Positions 38,828-47,778 of a stretch of DNA of 64,000 nt are shown here, in pieces. Source of the DNA: a virus. Its lineage: Duplodnaviria > Caudoviricetes. Under the pieces are notes generated by a model. That model was not told the origin of the DNA. It did no database searches and saw only the letters and a program-made list of their open reading frames with translations. Position numbers and translations under genes: made by a program. The stretch covers positions 1 to 64,000 of the IMG/VR virus record IMGVR_UViG_2832220722_000003, one strand, 5' to 3'. Position 1 is the first letter of the stretch; every line of letters starts with the position of its first letter.

Positions 38828-39794
38828 CGGGCACTTCCTCACGCGGCATGAGCGCGTTCCCTCCAGGCGCTGGCGCGGCCGGCGCCGCCGGTGCTTCCGG
38901 GTCGTCCGCCACGGGCAAGAGACTGCTGCTGTTGCCAGCGGCGATGCGGTGCAGCAGCGCGGCCAGCGGGTCGGCCTTCTGCTGGTTGTCCTTCTCGTAG
39001 AGGCCCAGGTGCTTTGCCAGCTTCTCCAAAGCGTCCAGCTTGGAGTGCATCTTTATCTCGATGCCCTCCTTCGTCTGCTTGGCACCGGCATACAGCGCCG
39101 CGGCGCGCGGGCTCAGGTGGCGCGTGTCCTTGAGCACAGTGCGCGCCTGGCCATCGCCGCCACATATGGGGCAGTCGTCCTTGGGCAGCAGCAGCGGGTT
39201 GAAGCCAATACCGCCAGCCTCATCGAACTCGGCAGGGTTCTTGCCCTTCTCCACCCAAGCCTCGCGGTCGCGGTTCATTTCGCCCACGGTGCGCTGGTAC
39301 TTGTGGCCCTCGCCGTAGCAGCAGCGACAGCAGCCGGTTTTGACCTCCACCAAGTCGCGGGCGTCCGCCAGAGCCACGTTGGCAATCTCCATCAACACCA
39401 TGTCTGCCGTGATGGCCGTGCGCTCCTGCTGGGCTTGGCGCGCTATCGAAATCGCAGCTTGAATGTAAGGTTTTGACAGGTTCTCTGCCCCAATCTGGCG
39501 GGCGGTTTCAGCGCTGTATCCGGCGCGGATCGCCGCCTGCGTCGCGTTGAGGTCCACCAAGTATTCGTCCACGAATCGCTGCTGTTTCTCGGTCAAGCCA
39601 AGCTGCGGCGCCTCCTTCACGCTCTCTTTTTTGATGGCCGCGCGGGGCTTGCGCACCACCTTCGTGGGGGCCTTCTCGGGCGCGGTGCGCTTCGGTGCAG
39701 GCGCGGCTTTGCCCGCCGCCTTCTTCGCTGGGGCTGCGGGCTTCTTCGTGGACTTGCGGGGCGCAGGCTTCTTTCCTGCCGGAGGTGTTGCCAT
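38817..39794 (-). CDS. terS: Terminase small subunit with a Zn-finger-like insertion
   Basis: LTEKQQRFVDEYLVDLNATQAAIRAGYS; CCRCC...CPICGG insert; KLDALEKLAKHLG. Confidence 0.92.
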   Translation of the reverse strand: MATPPAGKKPAPRKSTKKPAAPAKKAAGKAAPAPKRTAPEKAPTKVVRKPRAAIKKESVKEAPQLGLTEKQQRFVDEYLVDLNATQAAIRAGYSAETARQIGAENLSKPYIQAAISIARQAQQERTAITADMVLMEIANVALADARDLVEVKTGCCRCCYGEGHKYQRTVGEMNRDREAWVEKGKNPAEFDEAGGIGFNPLLLPKDDCPICGGDGQARTVLKDTRHLSPRAAALYAGAKQTKEGIEIKMHSKLDALEKLAKHLGLYEKDNQQKADPLAALLHRIAAGNSSSLLPVADDPEAPAAPAAPAPGGNALMPREEVPDGD

Positions 39795-39825
39795 GCCCGG
39801 GAGTCTTACGGGGCATGGCGGGTTG

Positions 39826-39842
39826 GCCTAACCCTATGCTGT
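39826..39842 (-). promoter_or_regulatory. Late-promoter motif copy 6
   Basis: AACCCTAT at 39830-39837, 36 nt from the terS ATG; -10-like TAAGACT. Confidence 0.65.
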
Positions 39843-39999
39843 GCGTTCAACTATGATTGCGCCGACCAGTGGGGTGCCGCACCGGAGGTACTGGAAATTG
39901 CCATCACAGAGGTGGTTTATAGATCGAACGCGCGGCATGTCAGGTCAAGGTGTCGTCCCACTCTGTGAAGGACGCGATGCCGATCTTGGGAGGCGGCTT

Positions 40000-40140
40000 A
40001 TGTCGAATACCAAATCAGCCTGGCAAGTTGGGGGTCAAACCTTTGCCTCGGTCTTCGCAGTCCTTGTGACCGCGTTTGACCCGGTGACGGCCTTTGTCCT
40101 GGCGCTATGCGCTACTGTCATCTTGGTGGCAGGAACCTAA
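40000..40140 (+). CDS. Small hydrophobic peptide (moron-like)
   Basis: SD GGGAGG, 46-aa hydrophobic ORF, followed by a 9-bp GAAA-loop hairpin at 40149-40170. Confidence 0.45.
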   Translation: MSNTKSAWQVGGQTFASVFAVLVTAFDPVTAFVLALCATVILVAGT

Positions 40141-40198
40141 CGGGTACGGCCCAGGGGGAAACCCCTGGGCTCGTTACTTCTCTCTCACTCAGCCAACG

Positions 40199-40960
40199 TC
40201 AGCATGGAGCGGCTCCGCCGTTGGTACGACGACGCGCAGATGGGCGGGCGAACAATTCGGCATGGCGCAGCACGAATCGGCGCAGAAACTCCAGGCCCAG
40301 GCCAGTGACGCGGGCCACTCTGCTGAACTGCATGCCACGCGTGTTCGTCTCGTAGGTGTGCACGGCCTCCTTGAAGTAGCCCTGCGTCACGTAGCGCGCG
40401 GCCGGAGCGTTGTCAGGCAGGATCACGCCCTTCTCGCGCAGCGCCTTTTCCAGCTTGCGCACCGGCACGCCGATGGTCTTGGCCGCGTCGCGCACCAGCA
40501 CGGTCCCATCCGCGTTCAGCATGGCGTTGGCGTAGGTCACCTTGGGCGCGGCCAGTGCCAGCTTGGCCTCGGCCTCCAGGCGGCCAGCCTCGGCGGCCAT
40601 GGCGATCTGCAGGATTTCCATGCGGGACATCTCGGCCGGCTTCTTGGCGGCCAGCCCGTCCTCCAACTCCTTCCAGCGGTCCACCAGGGCGGCGGTGAAC
40701 TCGGGGGAGAGCTGGGCCACCACTACGATGCTGTCGCGCTTACCCTGCTCCCCGCAGAACAGGTATTGCTGCGTGACGTACGTCCGGTTGTTGCCGCCGG
40801 CTTCTTGCACGTTCACCGTTGGTGGTTGTGCGATAACCCCTTGATTTACAAGGCGTTCGATGGTGCGCTTCACGCTGTCGTGGCGCACACGCACCAAGTC
40901 CGCTATCTCGCGGCTGGTCATGGACATGGTGTCGCCCGTCAAGGGCAGCAGTGCATTCAT
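40199..40960 (-). CDS. Rha-N / KilA-C (ANT) antirepressor-like protein
   Basis: MTSREIADLVRVRHDSVKRTIERL; LSPEFTAALVDRW; APKVTY...RDAAK...RVTGLGLEFL. Confidence 0.88.
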   Translation of the reverse strand: MNALLPLTGDTMSMTSREIADLVRVRHDSVKRTIERLVNQGVIAQPPTVNVQEAGGNNRTYVTQQYLFCGEQGKRDSIVVVAQLSPEFTAALVDRWKELEDGLAAKKPAEMSRMEILQIAMAAEAGRLEAEAKLALAAPKVTYANAMLNADGTVLVRDAAKTIGVPVRKLEKALREKGVILPDNAPAARYVTQGYFKEAVHTYETNTRGMQFSRVARVTGLGLEFLRRFVLRHAELFARPSARRRTNGGAAPC

Positions 40961-41526
40961 GGTTGGCTCCCTTCGCGGCGTTCGGTGTCCTCGGGTTCGA
41001 CGATCCCCAGCAGGTCCATCTGGCGTGTGCCCAGCTTCGTGCGCAGCAACTCGCGCATGGCTTTCAGTTCGCGGCCCTGGGACTCCACCCTGGCGGCCAG
41101 CTCGGTCGCCAGGAAGAGGTGCTGATTCGTGCTGTTGATGAGGATCGCCTGGCCGGCGGCACCCATGTTCAGCTGGGCAAGAGCGCGATCCTCGCACGGG
41201 GTCAGGTGCAACACCACATCCTCAGCGCCGGCGCGGCCCGTGAACTCGATCATCACGTAGCCGTTGTCCAGAATGGTCTTGCTGATGTTGCGCGACGGCG
41301 GGTAGGCCTCCACCAGCTCGTAGATGCCACGCAGCAGGCGCTTGAGCTTCCCGTCATCCACCAGCGTGCGCAGGCGGTCGTCCACAACCGACAGCTTGAG
41401 TCCCGTCAGGTCGGCCACCGTCTCGCGCGTGGCGATCTGCTCCAGGCCGCGCAGCTCGCGCACGGCGTCGAACACCCGCGTGGTGCTCGATATGGGTTTG
41501 CTCGTCGCCTGCTCGTCAGGTTGCAT
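40957..41526 (-). CDS. Winged-helix DNA-binding protein (candidate late regulator)
   Basis: ATRETVADLTGLKLSVVDDRLRTLVDDGKLKRLLRGIY wHTH pattern; near the end of the early rightward operon. Confidence 0.55.
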   Translation of the reverse strand: MQPDEQATSKPISSTTRVFDAVRELRGLEQIATRETVADLTGLKLSVVDDRLRTLVDDGKLKRLLRGIYELVEAYPPSRNISKTILDNGYVMIEFTGRAGAEDVVLHLTPCEDRALAQLNMGAAGQAILINSTNQHLFLATELAARVESQGRELKAMRELLRTKLGTRQMDLLGIVEPEDTERREGSQP

Positions 41527-42064
41527 CGCTTCCTCCTTCTTGCCACAGCGGCAGCTTTACCGGCCAGCGGCCGGCCTCCATGATTTGCTTGCGGGTGCGC
41601 GCGGCCATGGCCCGGCCCAGCGCAACGTGCGCCTCCCGGCCGCCCGGTACCAGGCGGTACTGGTCGAATGCGGTGTGGCACCCCTCGGCGCCCGGCCGCG
41701 CTGCGCACAGCGGCATGGCGCGGCGGTCGTCCACCTTGAGCGCCTTGCCCTTTCCCTCGTTCTCGTGGGCGTGCTGGCTATAGCCGACGATGCCGCACCA
41801 CTCGCAGGGCAACGCGGCCACCAGGCGCCGGTAGGGCTCGCTGCGCAGCGGGTTTTCCTTCTCGATGGGTGCGGCCGGCGCCGGGCCGCGGGCCATAGTC
41901 ACATTCACAGGGCTGGGGCAGGCCATCGCCATGGCGCGGGCTGCGCGCTCGGCCAGGCGCTGCTCGCGGTCGGGCGCTGCGGACCGCTCCGGCATCCGGT
42001 ACGTGAGGCCCGTGCGCTTGAACCCCTGCGCGCCGCGGCTCATTGGTTTGTGGCGGGTCAGCAT
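41516..42064 (-). CDS. DUF968/Ref-like Zn-binding HNH-type nuclease
   Basis: RSEPYRRLVAALPCEWCG...HAH...DDRRAMPLC...CHTAFD. Confidence 0.7.
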   Translation of the reverse strand: MLTRHKPMSRGAQGFKRTGLTYRMPERSAAPDREQRLAERAARAMAMACPSPVNVTMARGPAPAAPIEKENPLRSEPYRRLVAALPCEWCGIVGYSQHAHENEGKGKALKVDDRRAMPLCAARPGAEGCHTAFDQYRLVPGGREAHVALGRAMAARTRKQIMEAGRWPVKLPLWQEGGSDAT

Positions 42065-42309
42065 GCTGTCTCCTCGGCCGCCAGGCGCGCCAGCTCTTTT
42101 CGCGCGTCGTCCACGATCTTCGGGTGGATCTGCCGATGGAACCGCACCACCACGCGGCACAGGTACTTGTGCTGCTTGAGCGTGAGCGTCTGCGCCGGCC
42201 GCGTCGATGCGCGCGCCACCATGTCGTATGCGAACTTCTTCATGGGGTCGCGCGGCGGGAACTTCACGCGGGCCAGGAAGTGGCAGAAAGCAATCTGCAT
42301 ATCCGTCAC
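42058..42309 (-). CDS. Hypothetical phage protein
   Basis: GTG start overlaps the upstream stop; fills the operon gap. Confidence 0.5.
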   Translation of the reverse strand: MTDMQIAFCHFLARVKFPPRDPMKKFAYDMVARASTRPAQTLTLKQHKYLCRVVVRFHRQIHPKIVDDARKELARLAAEETAC

Positions 42310-42773
42310 GGCTTGCCTCCGTTCACCTTGCGCGCCTTCGCCACGGCGGCGGCGTTGCGGTACGGCCAGGCCACCATGGCGGCGTCCCGTTCGTGCTGGT
42401 TGCTGCGCTTCTCCCAGCCCGTGATGCGCCCGAAGGCGGCCGCGTCCACCTTGGCGCCCTTGGCTGTGGGGCTGATGCCATGGGCCGGGATGCCCAGGTC
42501 GCCACAGATCGCGGTGATCAGCGTGCACCACGCATCGACTTGCCCCACGCTGCGCGCCGTGGCCAGGGCCGCGCCGTAGGCGCCCTTGGTGCGGGCGTTC
42601 CACAGGCGGGTTTCGAGGCGGCTGTCCTCGAACACCACGCGCACCGCGCCGGACACGCGCAGGAAGCGCTCCACGTCCCAGGGCTCGATGGTCTGCAGCC
42701 CCACGAGCTTGCCATCCACATAGCTGGCGACGCCGGTCTCGGCGCCCGGATCGATACCAAGGATCAGCGGCAT
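42306..42773 (-). CDS. RuvC-like (RNase H fold) Holliday junction resolvase
   Basis: ILGIDPG, VVFE and NQHERDAA acidic motifs. Confidence 0.7.
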   Translation of the reverse strand: MPLILGIDPGAETGVASYVDGKLVGLQTIEPWDVERFLRVSGAVRVVFEDSRLETRLWNARTKGAYGAALATARSVGQVDAWCTLITAICGDLGIPAHGISPTAKGAKVDAAAFGRITGWEKRSNQHERDAAMVAWPYRNAAAVAKARKVNGGKP

Positions 42774-43918
42774 AGAACCCCCACCATCGTGCCCATCACG
42801 GAGGTGGGCTGGCTGGCCGGCCCGTAGTGCTTGTACGTGCGTCCCGAGCGCACGTCGTTGATGGAGGTCTTGGAGAAGCCGGTTTGCTCGGCCAGCTCGC
42901 GCGCGTTCAGCGTGCTCTCGCGAATCATCTGCACGTCCTCGGCCGTGAACACGCCCGGCCGGCTGCGCATGGCCTCGAATGTGCGGCGGCTGTGCACCAC
43001 GCCGCCGAAACCGATGTCCGCGAAAGCCTTCTTCATCGCCTGGCTGCGCGTCACCTGCTTGTGGTGGTCATGGTTGCAGCATCCGGGCGTCTCGCAGGTG
43101 GTCACCAGTGTGTAGCCCTCGCGCAGCACCTTGCCGTGCACAACTTCCCACAGCACCTTGTCCACGCGGACGGTGTTCCCGCCGTGGCGGATCAGAGGGT
43201 GGCCCTGCAGGTTGCGGGCGCCGCTCCACTTGAGGCAGTCACCGCCCACGTCCTCGCAGCGCAGTTCGATTTCGCGGCCAATGTCCTCGGCCGGGCGCTC
43301 GTAGTCGGCCAGGGCGTACAGCCAGCTCCCGTCCACCTGCACGATGCGCACCTTGCCTGCGCGGCGCGCCTTGCCCACCAGCCCCCGCATGTAAATGCGG
43401 CCCCGGTCGAAAATCTCCACCAGCAGCTCCAGGCGCACCGGCTGATGCAGCGCGATCTGCGCCAGCAACTCGCGGCGCTTCACGGGCCGGCGCGCGCCAC
43501 CTTTGGTAACGGGCTGCGTGTACGGTATCCAGCGGCGCATGCCCTTGCCGTTGATGGAGGTGACCTTGGCCAGCTTCTCATACTCCATGCGGCGCAGCAT
43601 CAGGCGCATGGGTTCGGGCGAGCACTTCGCCGCTGCAGCCAGCTCGCCGATGGTGCAGGGCTTGGCCTGGATGTGCTCCAGCACCTGCTCGGGTGTCCAG
43701 GTGCAGCGCGCGATGATGGGCTCGGTGCTCGCCCAGTAGACGCCGGGCTGGTACGGAATCTTGATGCGTTTGGCCAGCACGCGGCGCTGCAGCTCGGCCG
43801 TGATGACCCTGAACTTCTCGGGCTTGTTGCCCAGCATGGCGGCCAGGTCGGCATCACGCATGCGCTGGGTATTCAGCAGCTGGGCCACCAGCGCCAGCTC
43901 TTGTTCGTTCACTGCCAT
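42764..43918 (-). CDS. Multi-HTH protein with a degenerate HNH (Zn-binding loop) domain
   Basis: CLKWSGARNLQGHP...TCETPGCCNHDH; C-terminal HTH ARELAEQTGFSKTSINDVRSGRTYKH. Confidence 0.6.
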   Translation of the reverse strand: MAVNEQELALVAQLLNTQRMRDADLAAMLGNKPEKFRVITAELQRRVLAKRIKIPYQPGVYWASTEPIIARCTWTPEQVLEHIQAKPCTIGELAAAAKCSPEPMRLMLRRMEYEKLAKVTSINGKGMRRWIPYTQPVTKGGARRPVKRRELLAQIALHQPVRLELLVEIFDRGRIYMRGLVGKARRAGKVRIVQVDGSWLYALADYERPAEDIGREIELRCEDVGGDCLKWSGARNLQGHPLIRHGGNTVRVDKVLWEVVHGKVLREGYTLVTTCETPGCCNHDHHKQVTRSQAMKKAFADIGFGGVVHSRRTFEAMRSRPGVFTAEDVQMIRESTLNARELAEQTGFSKTSINDVRSGRTYKHYGPASQPTSVMGTMVGVLCR

Positions 43919-44454
43919 GACTGCCGGCCCTCCATGCCCAGGGCCTCGCGGGCGAAGATGATCACGGTGGGCGTGCGGCGGATGCCGTCCCGCACCTGGG
44001 CCAGGATGGAGCGCGCCCAGTCCTTGCGGTCGCCCTTGTGGTCGTACTGCACGGGCTCGGGCGGGATCACGTTGGGCGGCGGCAGCGCGGGAAGGCGATT
44101 CTCCTGCGCCCAGGTCTTGCGCGGCGTGGCCGCTTTGCACAGCGCCTCGAACTGCGGCAGGCTCGGCGGGAACTCCCTGTGTTCTTCCGACATGCGCGCG
44201 GCGGCGGCCTCGATGACGGCCGGCGGGTACTTGCCCAGCGCGGCGCGCCACACGGCCATGGTTGCCCGGATGCCCAGGTCGTGCCCCCGGCCGTCCTTCA
44301 CGCCCGTGGCGTATTTCGTCATGAACGCCGTGCCGTAGCTGCCCTGCAGCAGCAGGAACAGGTTCTTGACAGCCAGCGCTGCCTGCTCGGCGGCCTGGTC
44401 CTGGGCGCCCTGCTCCATGGCGCCCGCGTCGATGACTGCAGCGACTTCCTGCAT
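43909..44454 (-). CDS. Replication protein, lambda P-like position
   Basis: FPPSLPQFEALCK motif; directly follows the initiator gene. Confidence 0.6.
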   Translation of the reverse strand: MQEVAAVIDAGAMEQGAQDQAAEQAALAVKNLFLLLQGSYGTAFMTKYATGVKDGRGHDLGIRATMAVWRAALGKYPPAVIEAAAARMSEEHREFPPSLPQFEALCKAATPRKTWAQENRLPALPPPNVIPPEPVQYDHKGDRKDWARSILAQVRDGIRRTPTVIIFAREALGMEGRQSWQ

Positions 44455-44456
44455 GG

Positions 44457-45341
44457 TCAGCTCTCCAAGATCGTTGCGTAGGCCGACGCGTGCTTGTGCT
44501 GTTCGGCTGGGTGGCTGGCGGCGGGGATGCCGGCGGACCACTGCGTGCGGTAGCCCTCGGCGCTCGACAGCAGCAGCCCCACGTCGTGCATGCGCTGCAC
44601 CACGATGCGCTCGGTCACGCGGTCCACGTAAAAGGCTGCTACCTGCGGCGATTCCTCGTAGCCCAGGCGCTGGACGAGTTGCTTCACCTTCGCATTCACC
44701 GTCGCGTTGCGGACGGGCTTGGCGCCGTAGCGCTTCGCGTAGGCGGCGCTGTAGGCGGCCCAGGTGGCGCGGCATGCCGCCTGCAGCTCGGTTTCCTTCG
44801 CGTCAGCCGGGACGGCCTTCACCTTCGTGACCGGCTGCGCAGCGGCCGGTAAAGGTTCATTGATGGTTAGGTGACGGTTCCCCTGATGATTTGGGGGCGG
44901 CATTTGCCCCTCTGGAGGGGCGGCATTTGCCGGTGGTGGGGCGGCATTTGCCCCACCTGGGGCGGCATTTGCCGGAGGGGCGGCATCTGCCAGGGGGGCG
45001 GCATTTGCCCCAGGGGCGGCATTTGCCGGCGCCTTCTTGCGCTGGGTCGCGCGCTTGCTGGCGGCTGGCGCCTTTTTCGGATCGAAGCGCTTCGGGGTAA
45101 CGGTGTAGTTCGTGCTGGTGTTGTGGCGGTACTCGCGGAATACCGCGCCGGCCGACTGCAGCCACGCCAGCGCATCGCGCACGGCGCGCTCCGACAGGCA
45201 TGTGCGATCCGTCAGCGTCTTCACGGACGGCCAGCACACGCCGTCATCGTTGGCCTGGTCCGCCAGCGAAATCAGCACGGCTTTCTGCGCGGGCGACATT
45301 CCCTGCAGCGGCCAGCACTCGGCCATGATGATGGTGCTCAC
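44457..45341 (-). CDS. Replication initiator (N-terminal HTH, lambda O-like organisation)
   Basis: KAVLISLADQANDDGVCWPSVKTLTDRTCLSERAVRDAL; internal iterons. Confidence 0.85.
   Translation of the reverse strand: MSTIIMAECWPLQGMSPAQKAVLISLADQANDDGVCWPSVKTLTDRTCLSERAVRDALAWLQSAGAVFREYRHNTSTNYTVTPKRFDPKKAPAASKRATQRKKAPANAAPGANAAPLADAAPPANAAPGGANAAPPPANAAPPEGQMPPPNHQGNRHLTINEPLPAAAQPVTKVKAVPADAKETELQAACRATWAAYSAAYAKRYGAKPVRNATVNAKVKQLVQRLGYEESPQVAAFYVDRVTERIVVQRMHDVGLLLSSAEGYRTQWSAGIPAASHPAEQHKHASAYATILES
44894..45027. repeat. Replication origin iterons: 7 x GGGGCGGCAT(T/C)TGCC
   Basis: Copies start at 44894, 44917, 44938, 44959, 44977, 44995 and 45013, inside the initiator gene. Confidence 0.85.
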
Positions 45342-45625
45342 TGACCGCCCTCCATGCTGCGCAGGCCGCGCATCGCCAGCGTGCGCATGGCCTTCACCTC
45401 GTCGGCATTGATCAGGTGCGCGTCCTCGGGCACAACCTTCAGGCCCAGGCCGGTCAGCAGCAGCGCCACCTGCTCAATCTGCTCAGACTTCCAGCGGCTT
45501 ATGGTCGATTCCGAGGTGCCAAGGGAACTCGCCAGCTTCGATTGGCCAATCTCCGCAAGCTGGTTGCGCAAAGCGGTTTCGGTCTTGCGTGCTCTTTCAC
45601 GCAGGTCTTGGGACACTTCAGGCAT
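45338..45625 (-). CDS. cII: CII-like transcription activator
   Basis: ARKTETALRNQLAEIGQSKLASSLGTSESTISRWK...LLTGLGLKVVP resembles lambda CII; canonical position. Confidence 0.82.
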   Translation of the reverse strand: MPEVSQDLRERARKTETALRNQLAEIGQSKLASSLGTSESTISRWKSEQIEQVALLLTGLGLKVVPEDAHLINADEVKAMRTLAMRGLRSMEGGQ

Positions 45626-45847
45626 GCGTTGCTTCCTGTTCGATTTCAATCACCGCCCCGCCCTCCAGGAGCTTCGTGGGACGATGGGCCATTGGCGCGG
45701 TGAGGCCGCTGTCATAGGCAATGACTGCCCCGGCGGGCAGAACGTGGGGACGGTCAGTCATGGGTGAACTCCTGGTGGTGGGTGCCCGCCACTCCCCGGG
45801 CTACGATGGGCTTTCCACAGCAACCATCAACCACAAGGAGGGCGGGC

Positions 45848-46096
45848 ATGAAAACGCTTTCGAGCGAGCAAAAAAGAATTGCGGAACTGCAAGGGCAGTT
45901 GCATGCAATGCGTACCTGCATCACAGCGCTCCTCGTTTCCATGCCGTCAGAGCAGCAGCAAGCCTTTGCCGCCAAGTTGGAGCACTTGGCAGAATGGGCG
46001 ACGGCCAACGCTCTTGGGTCAGAGGCTCCGGAGGAGATGACTCAGGCGTTTGCCGACGAACTTCAGTCCATCCGCGCTCTATTCGCCGTACGCTAG
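45848..46096 (+). CDS. Small helical protein antisense to the cro-cII operon
   Basis: SD AAGGAGG before the ATG at 45848; protein-like composition. Confidence 0.55.
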   Translation: MKTLSSEQKRIAELQGQLHAMRTCITALLVSMPSEQQQAFAAKLEHLAEWATANALGSEAPEEMTQAFADELQSIRALFAVR

Positions 46097-46263
46097 CCTC
46101 CAAGCCTGCTTTGGCGAGTTCCATCCGAGCGTCGTGGAAGTCCTTGAGCCCGTCATCGGCGCAGACGGTGGCGACAGGTCGCCGGATCTCCGCAGGGCTT
46201 GCGGTCAGCGTCTGCGCCCTTTCGTGGCGCAGTTGAAGGCCGAGGCATAAGGCCGTGGGAAGC

Positions 46264-46542
46264 TCAGCCATGAACTCCATCCGGCACGCGCTTGCTCGCC
46301 TCCCATGCTTGCGCGGGTTCTTGGGTGGGGAAGGAGGGCAAAGGCAGGGAGCCGTAGATGTGGTCGAACGACAGCGACACACCAAAGGTGGCGGCGAAGT
46401 CGATCACCTTGCGTGCCATGTCCGGCGGGAGGGTTTGCCCGCGCTCGTAGTTCGCCACGTTGCTCTGGGTGCAGCCGAGGCCTTGTGCCAGCGCCTGCTG
46501 AGTGACTGCGAGACGCTCGCGAATGGACTTGAGGTTGTGCAT
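46264..46542 (-). CDS. cro: Cro-like HTH repressor
   Basis: LKSIRERLAVTQQALAQGLGCTQSNVANYERG; divergent from cI. Confidence 0.88.
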   Translation of the reverse strand: MHNLKSIRERLAVTQQALAQGLGCTQSNVANYERGQTLPPDMARKVIDFAATFGVSLSFDHIYGSLPLPSFPTQEPAQAWEASKRVPDGVHG

Positions 46543-46545
46543 TCC

Positions 46546-46620
46546 TCAAGTATCAGCGGCGCTTGTTTTTCTGTCAACCAGCGGCGCTTGTTTGCAATTA
46601 TTTGTCACGCTGATACTTGA
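46546..46620. promoter_or_regulatory. OR/PR/PRM control region
   Basis: Minus-strand TTGACA(46577-46572)-17 nt-GATACT(46554-46549); operators CAGCGGCGCTTGTTT at 46554-46568 and 46579-46593; plus-strand GATACT at 46612-46617 before cI. Confidence 0.85.
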
Positions 46621-46624
46621 TCCC

Positions 46625-47383
46625 ATGAGCGAATCGAACAAGAAGGCCACCGTGACGGATGAGCATCGCGAAGAGGCTCGTGCGCTCAGAGCCATATGGG
46701 AACAGGCAAAGCCCGCGAGCCAGAAGGAATTCGGTCGCGAGTTCGGTATTGGCGGACAGGCCGCAGTGAGTGCTTTTCTGGCTGGCAAGTCCGCTCTCAG
46801 CCTTAAAGCGGCGACCGGCTTCGCCACTGGCCTCGCCTGCCGCATCGAAGATTTCAGTCCACGCTTGGCCGCGAGCGCTTCTCAAGTCGCCGAGGTGACG
46901 GGAGCCCAAGGAGAAGAATCAGCACGTCCGCCAGCCACCGAAATGCGTGAGCCAAAGGTGCCGGCCGGCTACGTCCGCCTTCCTGTGTTGGCCGAGGCAG
47001 CAGCGGGTGCCGGCCGCGCACCTTTGCCTGAGGTGGTGAAGTACGTGGATGTGCTGGAGAGTTTCATCCGGCAGAGGTTCAACCGTAACCCGCACTCACT
47101 TAAGGTGCTCACGGCTCGCGGCAACAGCATGACCGGAGATATTGAAGACGGCGACGTGATGTTCGTGCAGCCGACGAACGAGTTCACGGATGACGGCATC
47201 TACGTGCTCACCTTGGACGACCTGATCCGCGTGAAACGGTTGAGCGTATCGCTCATCTCTGGCCACGTGGTCATCGAGAGCAACGATGGCCGGAAGCCGG
47301 AGGAATTGCCCTTGCGCGAGGTGCCGCACCGCCTGCATATTCAGGGCCGCGTGATCGGCGCTTGGTCGCTGCGGACGTTCTGA
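46625..47383 (+). CDS. cI: CI-like repressor with an S24 peptidase domain
   Basis: HTH SQKEFGREFGIGGQAAVSAFL; AAAGAG cleavage region; ARGNSM and RVKRL catalytic motifs. Confidence 0.92.
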   Translation: MSESNKKATVTDEHREEARALRAIWEQAKPASQKEFGREFGIGGQAAVSAFLAGKSALSLKAATGFATGLACRIEDFSPRLAASASQVAEVTGAQGEESARPPATEMREPKVPAGYVRLPVLAEAAAGAGRAPLPEVVKYVDVLESFIRQRFNRNPHSLKVLTARGNSMTGDIEDGDVMFVQPTNEFTDDGIYVLTLDDLIRVKRLSVSLISGHVVIESNDGRKPEELPLREVPHRLHIQGRVIGAWSLRTF

Positions 47384-47778
47384 TGCGCCGCGCGTTTCTG
47401 ATGGTCTCGGCAGGGGCGCTGTTGTGTGCTCCCGTCTGGCCCGCAAGCCCCTCATGCTGGATCGGCGCCAAGTGCATCAAGAGCCAAGGCACATCGATCC
47501 CGGTTTCGACGGTCCACAACATGTTGGACCGCTGTGGAGAGTTCACGGCAGGCGGCGTCGGGCGCCGCGTCCTTCGTATGTCTATTCAACAGATACAACA
47601 GGCGTCAGGCGGAAATATTCTGCACCCCGTCTTCTCCGCTTACCACGCATTCACCGAACTCTACGATAGTCCACTACTGTTTGATCGACAGTCGAATGTT
47701 GAGAGCACCAACTATGAACAAATCGCCAGCGCCTGTGCGAAGCTCAGCCGCGACTATGAAACCTGGCTGAACAAATGA
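47383..47778 (+). CDS. Exported Cys-containing hypothetical protein (lysogenic moron)
   Basis: Signal peptide MRRAFLMVSAGALLCAPVWPA; ATG overlaps the cI stop. Confidence 0.6.
   Translation: MRRAFLMVSAGALLCAPVWPASPSCWIGAKCIKSQGTSIPVSTVHNMLDRCGEFTAGGVGRRVLRMSIQQIQQASGGNILHPVFSAYHAFTELYDSPLLFDRQSNVESTNYEQIASACAKLSRDYETWLNK

Noticed and set aside
5446-38851. Very long plus-strand ORFs (e.g. 5446..7740, 12516..14558, 17811..22238, 22794..24971, 34545..37091, 37061..38851)
   Set aside because: Antisense shadows of GC3-biased minus-strand genes; no motifs or ribosome-binding sites
44894-45027. Regular short repeats resembling a CRISPR array
   Set aside because: Spacers are only 3-8 nt, the repeats lie inside the initiator gene and there are no cas genes; these are iterons
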